52,776 nt of DNA, from positions 1-52,776 of the IMG/VR virus record IMGVR_UViG_3300039309_000221, one strand, 5' to 3'. The translations under genes and the position numbers were made by a program. The notes below the pieces were generated by a model, which had not been told where the DNA came from, searched no databases, and was given only the letters and a program-made list of their open reading frames with translations. Source of the stretch: a virus. Lineage: Duplodnaviria; Caudoviricetes. Positions 7,686 through 17,469 of this stretch are shown here, piece after piece (the stretch's first letter is position 1; every line of letters starts with the position of its first letter).

Positions 7686-8853
7686 AATTGCAGTTATCCC
7701 AGATGTTCATTTAGGAGAGGCGACACAATTAGGAAGAGTGTCCCCAGGGACAAATATTAATAGTTGCATTATTGATCAAATTAATTTGCTCGATTTTTGT
7801 TTAGAGCAATCAATAGAGCGTGGAGTTAAGTATCTTATCTTTACAGGCGATATTTTTGATGAGCCAAAACCACCAATAACAATCATAACTCTTTTTTCTG
7901 CATTCTTAAAAAAATGCACAGATAATGGTATGATAGTTCATATTGTCGCTGGAAATCACGATATTCTTCGTATCGGGGAGACATACATATCTGCATTAAA
8001 TATTTTTGCTGAAATGGAATTAGAAAATATTTTTATTCATAATCAGATAGAAACAGCTTTTATAGAGACGACAAGTTTAACATTTGTCCCGTTTAGAGAT
8101 CGTAAATCTTTTGCATTATCCTCCAATACAGAAGCAATATTATTGATGGAAGAATTAATTAATTATGAGATCTCATCAATACCGCAATCATATAAAAAGA
8201 TATGTATCGGTCATATGGCATTAGAAGGATCTATTCCAGCATTAAATGAGATTGATGATATAGCTAATGAATTATTTTGTCCATTATCTATGTTCTCTTT
8301 ATTTGATATAACAATTCAAGGACATATTCATAAACCTCAAATATTGAAAAAACATCCATATATAGGGCACATTGGTTCATTATTTATCTCTGATTATGGA
8401 GAGGCAGATCAGAGAAAATATTTTCTTATTATTGATGATAATATTGAGGAAATAGATTTGCCGGTAAGAAAACTAAAAGAGATAGATATTATTGTTCCAG
8501 TTGGCACGGATAATAGCACGGAATATGTTCTCTCACAAATTAATAATGTTCCCATAGATAAATCTATTGTTCGTGTATCCATATCACTTTCTTCACCAGA
8601 TTTAGTTCCAGTTAATAAGGTGGATATTGAAAAGCATTTATTTGCTCGTGGAGCTTTTAATGTGTCAAGCATATCGCAGACAAAGAAATCGAATATTGTC
8701 AAAAATGAAAAGAATAAATCGATCAATCAAAAAATGGATGTTGCCTCATCAATAAAAATGTGGGCAAATAATTTTATTGACGAGAGTGAGAGAAGTCAAT
8801 TTATTGAGTTAGCATTGGATATTTTTAACGAATTGAAATCGAAAGAAAAATAA
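7678..8853 (+). CDS. sbcD: SbcD/Mre11-like metallophosphoesterase nuclease
   Basis: DVHLG, GDIFD, GNHD, GH, GHIH and GSL motifs. Confidence 0.9.
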   Translation: MPKIAVIPDVHLGEATQLGRVSPGTNINSCIIDQINLLDFCLEQSIERGVKYLIFTGDIFDEPKPPITIITLFSAFLKKCTDNGMIVHIVAGNHDILRIGETYISALNIFAEMELENIFIHNQIETAFIETTSLTFVPFRDRKSFALSSNTEAILLMEELINYEISSIPQSYKKICIGHMALEGSIPALNEIDDIANELFCPLSMFSLFDITIQGHIHKPQILKKHPYIGHIGSLFISDYGEADQRKYFLIIDDNIEEIDLPVRKLKEIDIIVPVGTDNSTEYVLSQINNVPIDKSIVRVSISLSSPDLVPVNKVDIEKHLFARGAFNVSSISQTKKSNIVKNEKNKSINQKMDVASSIKMWANNFIDESERSQFIELALDIFNELKSKEK

Positions 8854-8854
8854 T

Positions 8855-9718
8855 ATGAATAATGAAGTTGTTATCTACTATCGAAAATCTTTAATGGATA
8901 AAGATGAATTATTAGCTGCGAGAAAATATATTCGATGTGTTGATTTGTTAGCACATATACCAAAATATTATTGTGATAATAATTGTTCTGACATAAATAA
9001 TTGTCATTGCGATAATGCAGGTTGTTTTCCGCCGAAATTAACTATTGGTAGGTTTTCATTATTCCCATTTTATACAGATCAGGAAGCTGAAATAAATAGC
9101 GCTGGATCGAAACTTATCAATACATATGAGCAGCATAGATATGTCGCAGATTTGCAAAATTATGTTCTCGATCTTTGTGATATGACGCCGCTAACCTGGG
9201 ACAATATTATTGATGTTCCAGATGATATTCCTCTTATTGTTAAAGGAGAGTCAAATAGTAAGAAAAATGATTGGTCAAAATCTATGTTCGCGGCGAATAA
9301 AAAAGAAGCTATTAAAGTTATAGGTAGATTATATGATGATAGTTTAATATCTCAGCAAAAACTTTACATAAGACAATATGTCCCATTAGTTAAATATATG
9401 GATGGAATAAATGGAATGCCAGTTTCCAAAGAGTTTAGAGTTTTTGTTTGTTATGGAAAAATAGTTTCTTCTGCTTTTTATTGGCAGAATTATATTGATG
9501 ATATAGGTTTTATTCCGTCAGCAAATGATATTCCGGAAGAGTTTATACAAAAGGCTATTAATAGAATAGGGAATAAGTGTAATTTTTATACCATAGATGT
9601 GGCGGAGACACAATCTGGCGAATGGATTGTTATCGAACTTAATGATGGTCAATTTGCCGGACTATCGTGCCACGATCCGAATGAGTTTTATCGAAATCTA
9701 CTTTCTATTGTTTCATAG
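8855..9718 (+). CDS. ATP-grasp domain protein (R2K/DUF4343-like)
   Basis: IVKG..SKK..W, EFRVFV..GKIV, FYTIDVA....WIVIELNDGQFAGL. Confidence 0.75.
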   Translation: MNNEVVIYYRKSLMDKDELLAARKYIRCVDLLAHIPKYYCDNNCSDINNCHCDNAGCFPPKLTIGRFSLFPFYTDQEAEINSAGSKLINTYEQHRYVADLQNYVLDLCDMTPLTWDNIIDVPDDIPLIVKGESNSKKNDWSKSMFAANKKEAIKVIGRLYDDSLISQQKLYIRQYVPLVKYMDGINGMPVSKEFRVFVCYGKIVSSAFYWQNYIDDIGFIPSANDIPEEFIQKAINRIGNKCNFYTIDVAETQSGEWIVIELNDGQFAGLSCHDPNEFYRNLLSIVS

Positions 9719-9727
9719 AGTAATCAT

Positions 9728-11926
9728 ATGCTTCCTTTGAGATTATTTATATCTAACCTTTCCTGCCACGAAAACTCTTTTATTGATTTTTCGCAATTTA
9801 ATTCTGCGATTATTATTGGAAGAAAAGAAAATGATGATCTTCATTCTAATGGAACAGGAAAGAGCTCAATATTTATAGCTATTGAATATTGTTTATTTGG
9901 AGAATGCCCTTTCTCATTAGATAAAATTATACGCGATGACGCTGATGCCTGCCGCGTCGTCCTCGATTTTTCTATTGATGATCAAATATATCGCATATCA
10001 CGAAAAAGAACTCGCCGCGGAACATCAGATTTAACTCTTCTTATGCAAAATAATACGCCTAATCCTTCTTACTACAAAATTATCAAAAATGATTATTTTC
10101 CAGTTGATGATAAAACATTTTGGAATGATATTAGTGGTCGCCGTGCCTCTGATACAGAACGCTATATTGAAAAGCTTATTAAGACAAATATAAAGTCCTT
10201 TCGTAATTCGATCCATTTTGCCCAGAACGATTTTGATGGGTTATCTACTTTACGACCTGAGAAAAGAAAAGCTCTTCTAAAAGAGGCTCTTAACATTGCA
10301 GTTTATTCCAAGTTAGAAAAAATTGCAAAAGAAAGAGCTTCCTTTCTTATCAAAGATATAGATAAAGCAAAAGCTCTCATCGAAAACTTCGGAGACTTAA
10401 ACTCTGATCTCTTAAAATTAAAAGAGCAACTCTCCGAAACAAAAGCCTCTCTTTCTTTCACCTCGGAAAAATTAAAACAACCAACTCTCGAATTAGATGA
10501 GGCAAACAAAGAATTAAATACTCTTATTCTTCTCCATAAAGAGTTAGAAACAAAATATTCATCATTAATTAATCAAGAAAAAACTCTTTCCTCTGAAATA
10601 TCAAAAATCTCTTCTTCTCTCAAAGAATATCAAGATAAAAAATTATTAGCAATAAAAGCAGCAAAAAATATTGTTTCCGAAATTAAAGAGATTAAGGAAA
10701 ATATCTCTTCTCTTTCAGAAATTGATTTTAATCAAATAGATATATTAACCGAACAAGTGTCCGAATTAAAACAAAAGCAAACAATTAATAATGTCGCCAT
10801 ACAAAATAATATGGCAGAATTATCTGAATTAAGAACTCCAATGCCAGATGATTTTTGTAAGCATTGTAGACAGCGATTGTCAGAAGAACATAAAGCTGCG
10901 TGTAAAGCAAAAATTGTTTCCGATATAGATAAATGTCAGAAAAATATTGCAGTAGCAAAAAAAGAAATATTAACTCTCTCTACCCAAATGATAGATGCTC
11001 AATCAAAAATTGCAGCCCTCTCAAAACAGAAACAACAATTAGATTTGCTAACAAATAAACTTTCATTGAAGAACTCTGAGCTTTCCGAAAAGAAAAAGAT
11101 GCATACAGAGATAACAGAAATCATAGAAAAATTTTCTAACTCATTGTTAGAAAAAGAAAATGAATTAGCATTCATTAATTCTGAAATTGAAAAATCTTCT
11201 TTTTCAGAAGGTAAAGAAATAGAAAATAAAATATCAGATCAAAAGAAAAAAACAGCTGCCCTTTCTTTGATTATATCATCAATAAATAAAGAGATAATGC
11301 ACGGAACAAGCTTAAAAGCTATTATTGAAAATAATATTGAACAAAAAATAAAAGATCAAAGCAAATTGCAGGAATTAAAATCAAAATTAATAGCGATAGA
11401 AAAACAGTATTATACCTACCCATCGGTCATTAATGCCTTCTCTGGGACAGGTATACCCGCATTAATTATACAAAATTGCCTCGATGATCTTCAATCGAAA
11501 GCAAATGACATATTAAATCAATTAAAACCAGAGCTACAATTATCTTTCATAATAGAGAAAACAAAATCTGATGGTGAGGAGGCTGATACATTGGATATAG
11601 AGTATTCGTTATCAGGTCGTTCCCGTTCGTATGAGCAATTATCGGGAGCACAAAAACTTTCTGCAACATTTTCATTAAAACTCGGACTATCTTTTCTTCT
11701 TTCTGATCTATTAGGGACAAATATAGAGTTTCTTCTTCTCGATGAGGTAGATCAATCGTTAGATGCGGCGAGTATAGATCAATTCGCAGAGATTGTTCGA
11801 CATTTTCAAGATAAGTTTAAGATACTAATAATATCGCACAATGATAGACTAAAAGATAAAATTGCGACAAAAATCGTCGTATCACAAGACAGTAATATGA
11901 TTAGTAGAGCGAAAGTTCTTTTATAG
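9728..11926 (+). CDS. sbcC: SbcC/Rad50-like SMC ATPase
   Basis: Walker A NGTGKSS, Q-loop FAQ, coiled coil with CKHC zinc hook, LSGAQ signature, LLLDEV Walker B, ISH. Confidence 0.92.
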   Translation: MLPLRLFISNLSCHENSFIDFSQFNSAIIIGRKENDDLHSNGTGKSSIFIAIEYCLFGECPFSLDKIIRDDADACRVVLDFSIDDQIYRISRKRTRRGTSDLTLLMQNNTPNPSYYKIIKNDYFPVDDKTFWNDISGRRASDTERYIEKLIKTNIKSFRNSIHFAQNDFDGLSTLRPEKRKALLKEALNIAVYSKLEKIAKERASFLIKDIDKAKALIENFGDLNSDLLKLKEQLSETKASLSFTSEKLKQPTLELDEANKELNTLILLHKELETKYSSLINQEKTLSSEISKISSSLKEYQDKKLLAIKAAKNIVSEIKEIKENISSLSEIDFNQIDILTEQVSELKQKQTINNVAIQNNMAELSELRTPMPDDFCKHCRQRLSEEHKAACKAKIVSDIDKCQKNIAVAKKEILTLSTQMIDAQSKIAALSKQKQQLDLLTNKLSLKNSELSEKKKMHTEITEIIEKFSNSLLEKENELAFINSEIEKSSFSEGKEIENKISDQKKKTAALSLIISSINKEIMHGTSLKAIIENNIEQKIKDQSKLQELKSKLIAIEKQYYTYPSVINAFSGTGIPALIIQNCLDDLQSKANDILNQLKPELQLSFIIEKTKSDGEEADTLDIEYSLSGRSRSYEQLSGAQKLSATFSLKLGLSFLLSDLLGTNIEFLLLDEVDQSLDAASIDQFAEIVRHFQDKFKILIISHNDRLKDKIATKIVVSQDSNMISRAKVLL

Positions 11927-11933
11927 GAGATAT

Positions 11934-12596
11934 ATGTCAAAACAGTATAGAATAGCAATATCTGGAAAAGCGAATACAGGAAAAGATACTACCGCAAATA
12001 TGTTAGCAGTTTCAGAATTAGCTTGGAAATACGATCTTTATAGCTTTGAGGAGAGGTTCGCCTTTCGTTCCGGCTTTGGCGTTTCAGAATTAGCTTGGAA
12101 ATACGATCTTTATAGCTATGAAAAATTAGCTTTTGCTAACCCTATTAAAGAGATAATCTCTACAATGTTTCCATCACTGGATAGAGAATATCTTTTCGGC
12201 TCATCAGAGCATAGAAACAAAATAATAACAATATCACAGGAAACAGGACAGCCTATAACAATACGACAACTTCTTCAAGATATTGGTGAGAGATGTAAAT
12301 CTATTGATCCAATGATTTGGATTAATGCATTAGATTATAGTATCTCTCAAAATAAAGATCGTAAGCTTATTATTGTTTCAGATTTAAGATTTATTGATGA
12401 ATATAAATATCTCAAAAATAATGGCTTTTTCATTATCCGTATTATTAAGAATACGGATCAAAATATGACACATATATCAGAGACACAACAAGAATGTTTA
12501 ACAGATGATAAGTTTGATTATACCATTAATAATAATGGCTCAATAAATGAGCTAAATGAAAATGTGTCCAAAATAGTTGAAATATTGATGCAATAA
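11934..12596 (+). CDS. Deoxynucleoside monophosphate kinase (T4 gp1-like) with a 24-aa internal insertion
   Basis: ISGKANTGKDT P-loop, AFANPIK, RQLLQDIG, VSDLRFIDE, HISE, INNNGS. Confidence 0.88.
   Translation: MSKQYRIAISGKANTGKDTTANMLAVSELAWKYDLYSFEERFAFRSGFGVSELAWKYDLYSYEKLAFANPIKEIISTMFPSLDREYLFGSSEHRNKIITISQETGQPITIRQLLQDIGERCKSIDPMIWINALDYSISQNKDRKLIIVSDLRFIDEYKYLKNNGFFIIRIIKNTDQNMTHISETQQECLTDDKFDYTINNNGSINELNENVSKIVEILMQ
12009..12117. repeat. CRISPR-like repeat-spacer-repeat unit (37-bp direct repeats, 35-nt spacer) inside the kinase gene
   Basis: GTTTCAGAATTAGCTTGGAAATACGATCTTTATAGCT at 12009-12045 and 12081-12117; spacer TTGAGGAGAGGTTCGCCTTTCGTTCCGGCTTTGGC. Confidence 0.9.
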
Positions 12597-12631
12597 GTTA
12601 TCGATAATTAATCATTATCTCGCATTTGTAT

Positions 12632-12946
12632 ATGACACTCGACGATCTGAAAAGAGAAGTCGTGCCAAAGTTTCTCTCTATTGGAAGTGATAAGTTTTAT
12701 CGTATTTTATTGACTTCTTCATTGAATAAATTAGTATTATTGGGTAAAGGAGAATATAAAGGACAGCCGCCTGATATAGAATTGTTAAGAGGATATGATC
12801 AGTTTTTAATCTTGTATAGACGCGAAGGCGAAGATGTTGCGTTAGATATAGCAAAGGTTTTTCGTCGGGCTGCTCATAAAATACACTGGATAATGTTGAA
12901 AAAAGAAATGACAACAAAAAATGATAAGTTTTTGAGATTGGTATAA
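12632..12946 (+). CDS. Hypothetical protein
   Basis: ORF track; ATG 12632 preferred over TTG 12626. Confidence 0.65.
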   Translation: MTLDDLKREVVPKFLSIGSDKFYRILLTSSLNKLVLLGKGEYKGQPPDIELLRGYDQFLILYRREGEDVALDIAKVFRRAAHKIHWIMLKKEMTTKNDKFLRLV

Positions 12947-12947
12947 A

Positions 12948-14036
12948 ATGGCAGTCATCACGATAACAATAACACGATCGCAAAATGAGGTCATCTCCGG
13001 TATTCCTCAGAGTATTGAATTAAGCACCAATATTCCATCGTCAATATTTTATACATTGGATGGTAGCGTTCCGACAACATCGTCGCCAGTATATACAAAC
13101 ATAATTTATCTTCCGACTGATCCTGCTGAATTAACAGCATATTTTACAGAGCCAGAACCTGGCGTAACAGAAACTTATACAGGCGGAGATGTTCCAATTT
13201 CATACAATGGTGTCTCATCAGTTATTTTAAGCGTCTTTGCAACCAATGGCGTCGATAGCTCACCAGTTATCGTTGAAACATTTGAGACAACAATTTTGCA
13301 TAATGCTCGCCGCCCTCATAGTGCAACAGATGCACCCGCGGGTGTGTCATACAATAATCTTTACCCATTCGGAACTAATGAGATATATCCAAATCAAAGA
13401 TATCTTAATCCTGGGGATGCGGGAATTAATGTCAATAATCCAGAATTGCCAACAATTTCCAACGGGTTTGACATCGATGGATACGCAGCATTATTTACAA
13501 ATAAGCCATATAATGTTGAGAATTATGAGATAATCAATATTAATACAGATGCGGAAGGTCAGCAGGTCGCAGGATTACCAGCAGGGAATGTTTTAGATTT
13601 TCAGTATCCGCCAGCACCACAGGAAAGCACAGAACAGTTCTCGGATAATGTTAATAATGTTTTTGATCCACAGGCTTTTGTTATCTTTCAGGACGCTTCA
13701 ATGCAGGACCCAGAAGAACCGCAGCAATTAGTAGGACAGTTTTTTACATTGTATCAGGACAGAGATACGGAATTGATGAACGAATATCTCTCGGCAGGAT
13801 ATAACGATTTTCATACTTGCACGGGCTCATTCGTGCGTAGCAGTTATAATATTCGCACAAATGAGATAACATTTGCACATTTTGATAGTAAAAATTGTCG
13901 CTGGCTCTTTAATGTATGTCAATATAAGCCTATTGGAGATTGGAAAGGAGACTTCACTCCTATAATGGATCCTAGGGGCGAGGCACATCGCCGCGTGACG
14001 GAATGGATTCCTTTCAAAAACGTACGCTTATGGTAA
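12948..14036 (+). CDS. Acidic protein with an N-terminal Fn3-associated/CHB_HEX_C-like domain; possibly structural
   Basis: IELSTNIPSSIFYTLDGSVPTTSSPVYT motif. Confidence 0.6.
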   Translation: MAVITITITRSQNEVISGIPQSIELSTNIPSSIFYTLDGSVPTTSSPVYTNIIYLPTDPAELTAYFTEPEPGVTETYTGGDVPISYNGVSSVILSVFATNGVDSSPVIVETFETTILHNARRPHSATDAPAGVSYNNLYPFGTNEIYPNQRYLNPGDAGINVNNPELPTISNGFDIDGYAALFTNKPYNVENYEIININTDAEGQQVAGLPAGNVLDFQYPPAPQESTEQFSDNVNNVFDPQAFVIFQDASMQDPEEPQQLVGQFFTLYQDRDTELMNEYLSAGYNDFHTCTGSFVRSSYNIRTNEITFAHFDSKNCRWLFNVCQYKPIGDWKGDFTPIMDPRGEAHRRVTEWIPFKNVRLW

Positions 14037-14079
14037 ATAATTATAAATAATATTATCTTTCATCCGTCGTGCCCACCTC

Positions 14080-14088
14080 TGATATATA
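14080..14088 (+). promoter_or_regulatory. TGATATATA putative phage promoter element
   Basis: Intergenic, upstream of ATG 14123; recurrent motif. Confidence 0.5.
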
Positions 14089-14122
14089 CATAGGAACACA
14101 CAAAATAAGAAAAGATGTATAT

Positions 14123-14920
14123 ATGTCAGAAAATAACGAGCTTCGGTTATCGGTGAGTAAAGTAAAAGTTTATAGTCAGTGTCAGAAGAAATACTTCTAC
14201 CAGTATATCGCTAAGATGCCGATGCGCGATGAAGAAGGTTTTTTTATTCTCGGTAAATTATGTCATAAAGCTCTTGAACTTTTTCATTTACATTATATTA
14301 ACTTTCCTTTATCAAAAGATCCATATAATAAAATTATGGGCAAAGCTTTTAAGGATGCGTGTTTAGATGCAAAGAATGAATTAACAAAAGAGATAAAATC
14401 AGATGCTTATAGAATGATAGATAAATATCTAAAAAGTATATCTACTAATAAGAAAAATAATAAGATAGCTAATGTTCTTTTCGCTGAAAAGCAATTTAGT
14501 ATTCCAATCGCTAACGATGTGTTGCTTAGCGGCATCATAGATCGTGTCGATTTTGATGATGATCAGGTTTACCATATTTTAGATTATAAGACTACCAAAG
14601 AAAAAAGATATTTAGAAAACGACCTTTTACAGTTAAAGTGTTATTCTTATGTGCTACTTTATCAACAGCCAGAATTAAAAAAGATTAGGTGTTCTTATTA
14701 TTTATTGAAGCACGGAGAGTTAATAACAAAAGAGTTCTACCCAGAAGAGATATTAAAAGTTAAGGATGTATTTATAGATTATGCGAGTAGGATAAGAGCA
14801 GAGACGGAATATAAGCCAAATCCTAATTTTTTATGTCGATATTGCCCTTTTCTTGACTCGTGCAATGAGGGTAAAGATAAAGTTTCGCCACAATTAAAAT
14901 ACGGAGAGATTGATTATTAA
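14123..14920 (+). CDS. PD-(D/E)XK Cas4/RecB-like exonuclease with Fe-S cluster cysteines
   Basis: LSVSK...QC..KY, GIIDRVD, ILDYKT, QL..Y, CRYCPF...C. Confidence 0.88.
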   Translation: MSENNELRLSVSKVKVYSQCQKKYFYQYIAKMPMRDEEGFFILGKLCHKALELFHLHYINFPLSKDPYNKIMGKAFKDACLDAKNELTKEIKSDAYRMIDKYLKSISTNKKNNKIANVLFAEKQFSIPIANDVLLSGIIDRVDFDDDQVYHILDYKTTKEKRYLENDLLQLKCYSYVLLYQQPELKKIRCSYYLLKHGELITKEFYPEEILKVKDVFIDYASRIRAETEYKPNPNFLCRYCPFLDSCNEGKDKVSPQLKYGEIDY

Positions 14921-14934
14921 AGAAAGAAGTTAAT

Positions 14935-15693
14935 ATGGATCAAAGAGTGATAGATAATATGTTTCACATTAGATATGGAAATGGATCATTTTTTGATGAT
15001 GAGATCAAAGATTGTTCTTTTATAAAGAAAGTTATTAAGAATAAATATGGTATTGACTTATCAATATCAGAATGTTATGAGTTTTGGAGATGGAGAAGCG
15101 ATAAGTATGATGCAAGCTGGTTAAATATTGGTCAAACATCAGTTAAAGAGATTGAAGAATGGTTTGATAAGATATTTTTGTTTTTTAAGTCAGAGAATGA
15201 AAATAATTTAGAATTAGAGGAGGATAATATTTATGAAGATTGTATCCAGATAAGACAAATATTAAAGAATAAATATGATATCTATCTTTCAATAGATGAA
15301 TGCTATGATATTTGGCAGTTTTATTCAGATGAGAATAATTCTAATTGGAGCCAAATAAATAAAAAAGAGATTGAAAAAAGTTTTGTTGATTGGTGTTCAT
15401 ATTTTTGTTTTGAGATAGATGAATACCCAAAAATGGATCAGAATAGAATTAACGATATTTTTCATCAGATGCTATCTAATAACGGATCATTTCGATATAA
15501 TTTTGAGGCAGGAGATTGTGAATGGGCAAAACGAGCCATAAAGAATAAGCTTAATATAGATGTTTCGGTTGCGGAATGTTATGAGATTTGGAGATTTGGT
15601 ATAAAGAATATGAATGGAAGTGTAGTATCTTTTCACGATTATGAAGCCATTGAGTTTCTTAAAAAAATGTATGAAAGTTTTGATAAGGAATAG
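14935..15693 (+). CDS. Hypothetical protein with three internal repeats
   Basis: IKNKYGIDLSISECYEFW / LKNKYDIYLSIDECYDIW / IKNKLNIDVSVAECYEIW. Confidence 0.75.
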   Translation: MDQRVIDNMFHIRYGNGSFFDDEIKDCSFIKKVIKNKYGIDLSISECYEFWRWRSDKYDASWLNIGQTSVKEIEEWFDKIFLFFKSENENNLELEEDNIYEDCIQIRQILKNKYDIYLSIDECYDIWQFYSDENNSNWSQINKKEIEKSFVDWCSYFCFEIDEYPKMDQNRINDIFHQMLSNNGSFRYNFEAGDCEWAKRAIKNKLNIDVSVAECYEIWRFGIKNMNGSVVSFHDYEAIEFLKKMYESFDKE

Positions 15694-15696
15694 TTT

Positions 15697-15948
15697 ATGG
15701 ATCAAAAATCAATAGATAAAATGTTTTGTTCCGCCTTTCAATTTGACATAGATATTGCCAATATAATTATGGCACAATTAATTATTAAAGATAGATTGAA
15801 TATAAATCTTTCAATGTTAGAAAGTCTCTATTTTATAGAGTTTATGATGCCTACTGATGAAAAATGGTTTTGTATCGATACTTACGGAGAGCACGATGAT
15901 TTTGTCGTTTCAGAGTTTTATAAAATGTGCAAAGAATTAAATGGTTAA
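15697..15948 (+). CDS. Single-unit paralog of the preceding repeat domain
   Basis: MDQKSIDKMF...IIKDRLNINLSMLESLYF. Confidence 0.65.
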   Translation: MDQKSIDKMFCSAFQFDIDIANIIMAQLIIKDRLNINLSMLESLYFIEFMMPTDEKWFCIDTYGEHDDFVVSEFYKMCKELNG

Positions 15949-15970
15949 CCAAGGAAAAGGAAAATAAATT

Positions 15971-17221
15971 ATGTCAGATATAAAAGTTCAAGAGGTAGAA
16001 TACTGCAAGATTAATGTTTATTATGTTGCTGATGCTGATGAGATAGAGCGAAAGCAGGATCAGGTTCTTCAAGCTTTTAAGGACGCGCCAGTCCCTGGTT
16101 TTCGCAAGGGAAAGCAGACGATTAATGCAATAAAGATGCATTATCGCGACCAAATAAAAGAGGCTATGAAGCGCGCGTTGACAGAGAGTGCTTTTCATAA
16201 TACATTATTTGAGAAGGGTTATCGTCCATATGGAGAGCCTTATATTGGTTCTATGTTTTTTGAGCGTGGAGAGTTTAATTGTGATTTTATCATTCATATA
16301 AAACCAGATTTTGAGATTGCATCATATAAGGGATTAAATATTCCTAAACCTCATTCAGCAATGACGATAACAGATATATCTGCCGAAATAATGCAGCAGT
16401 TGCGAATTAAGTTCGGAGAGACAATACCATATGAAGATAATGATTTTGTTCAGGTTGGCGATAATATAATTATTGATTTTGATGGATCTATTAATGGACA
16501 AAATGTTCCCGCTTTATCAAAGCAAGGTGCAGTTATGGAAGTTGGCACATCAAAGTTGCCAGGGTTTGATGATATGTTGCTCGGAATGAAGCAAGAAGAG
16601 GAGAGAAAGTTTTCTCTCGTTGTTCCAGAGGGTAGTTTGCCGAGCTTAGTTGGGCAGACAATAGATTTTACGGTTAAATTATCGGCGGGGACTAAATCAA
16701 TACCTCACGCATTGAATGATGAGTTAGCTATTAAAATGGGCAAGGAAAGTTTTATTGAATTGCAGACTGATGTTGATGGAGCAGCGGCTAATAAGTATTC
16801 AATGGTATGTCGCCAAGCGATAATAGATATGGTTCAGAAAAAATTGATTATTGATAATCAATTTAAGGTTCCAGCTTTTATGACAGAGGCGGAAGGAAGA
16901 ATGCTTATCGAGAAAGCAAATCTAAAATGGGACGAAGTTGCACAAGTAGATAAGGATAAGTATTTAGAATTAGCGGAGGATAATGTTAAGTTGGCATTAA
17001 TTCTGGATAGAATTGCTGAAAATGATCCAGAGGCACAGCTGACTGATAATGAAACATTTTCGATAATAAAGGATCATTTAGCGAAGAAATACGGAGAGAG
17101 TAATGTTGACAACATATTGAAGGAAATGGTCAAAAATGGAAGTTTGCAGATGATGGCGGCACAGGTCAAAAATCAGTTTGTCCTCGATTTTATATGTAAG
17201 AATGTTAACATAATTGAATAA
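15971..17221 (+). CDS. tig: Trigger factor (ribosome-associated chaperone/PPIase)
   Basis: VPGFRKGK ribosome-binding motif; FKBP domain (GDNIIIDFDG, LPGFDDMLLGMK); 416 aa. Confidence 0.93.
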   Translation: MSDIKVQEVEYCKINVYYVADADEIERKQDQVLQAFKDAPVPGFRKGKQTINAIKMHYRDQIKEAMKRALTESAFHNTLFEKGYRPYGEPYIGSMFFERGEFNCDFIIHIKPDFEIASYKGLNIPKPHSAMTITDISAEIMQQLRIKFGETIPYEDNDFVQVGDNIIIDFDGSINGQNVPALSKQGAVMEVGTSKLPGFDDMLLGMKQEEERKFSLVVPEGSLPSLVGQTIDFTVKLSAGTKSIPHALNDELAIKMGKESFIELQTDVDGAAANKYSMVCRQAIIDMVQKKLIIDNQFKVPAFMTEAEGRMLIEKANLKWDEVAQVDKDKYLELAEDNVKLALILDRIAENDPEAQLTDNETFSIIKDHLAKKYGESNVDNILKEMVKNGSLQMMAAQVKNQFVLDFICKNVNIIE

Positions 17222-17468
17222 AGTTATGGATAGTAAAATAACTAAATTAGTAGATGAAGAAGTAAAAAATACAAAATATGTTTGTTCTGAATGTGGAGCA
17301 GATGCGATTTTTTACGAAGGCGAAGAGAATGATGAGGAGGATGATGACTACGAAGGCGAGAGTGAGTTTGGTTGGAAATTAATTTGTTATCATCCGAAAC
17401 AGATTAAGGATAGAGGTGGAAAATTAATAACAATAAATGCTGGGACAGCAATAAGAAAGGAAGTTTAA
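17214..17468 (+). CDS. Small acidic hypothetical protein with CxxC
   Basis: YVCSECG and an acidic tract. Confidence 0.6.
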   Translation: MNKVMDSKITKLVDEEVKNTKYVCSECGADAIFYEGEENDEEDDDYEGESEFGWKLICYHPKQIKDRGGKLITINAGTAIRKEV

Positions 17469-17469
17469 T

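Noticed and set aside
12009-14920. Complete CRISPR-Cas locus formed by the mini-array and the Cas4-like gene
   Set aside because: Only two repeats, no leader, and no cas1, cas2 or effector in the window; solo Cas4-like nucleases are common in phage replication modules
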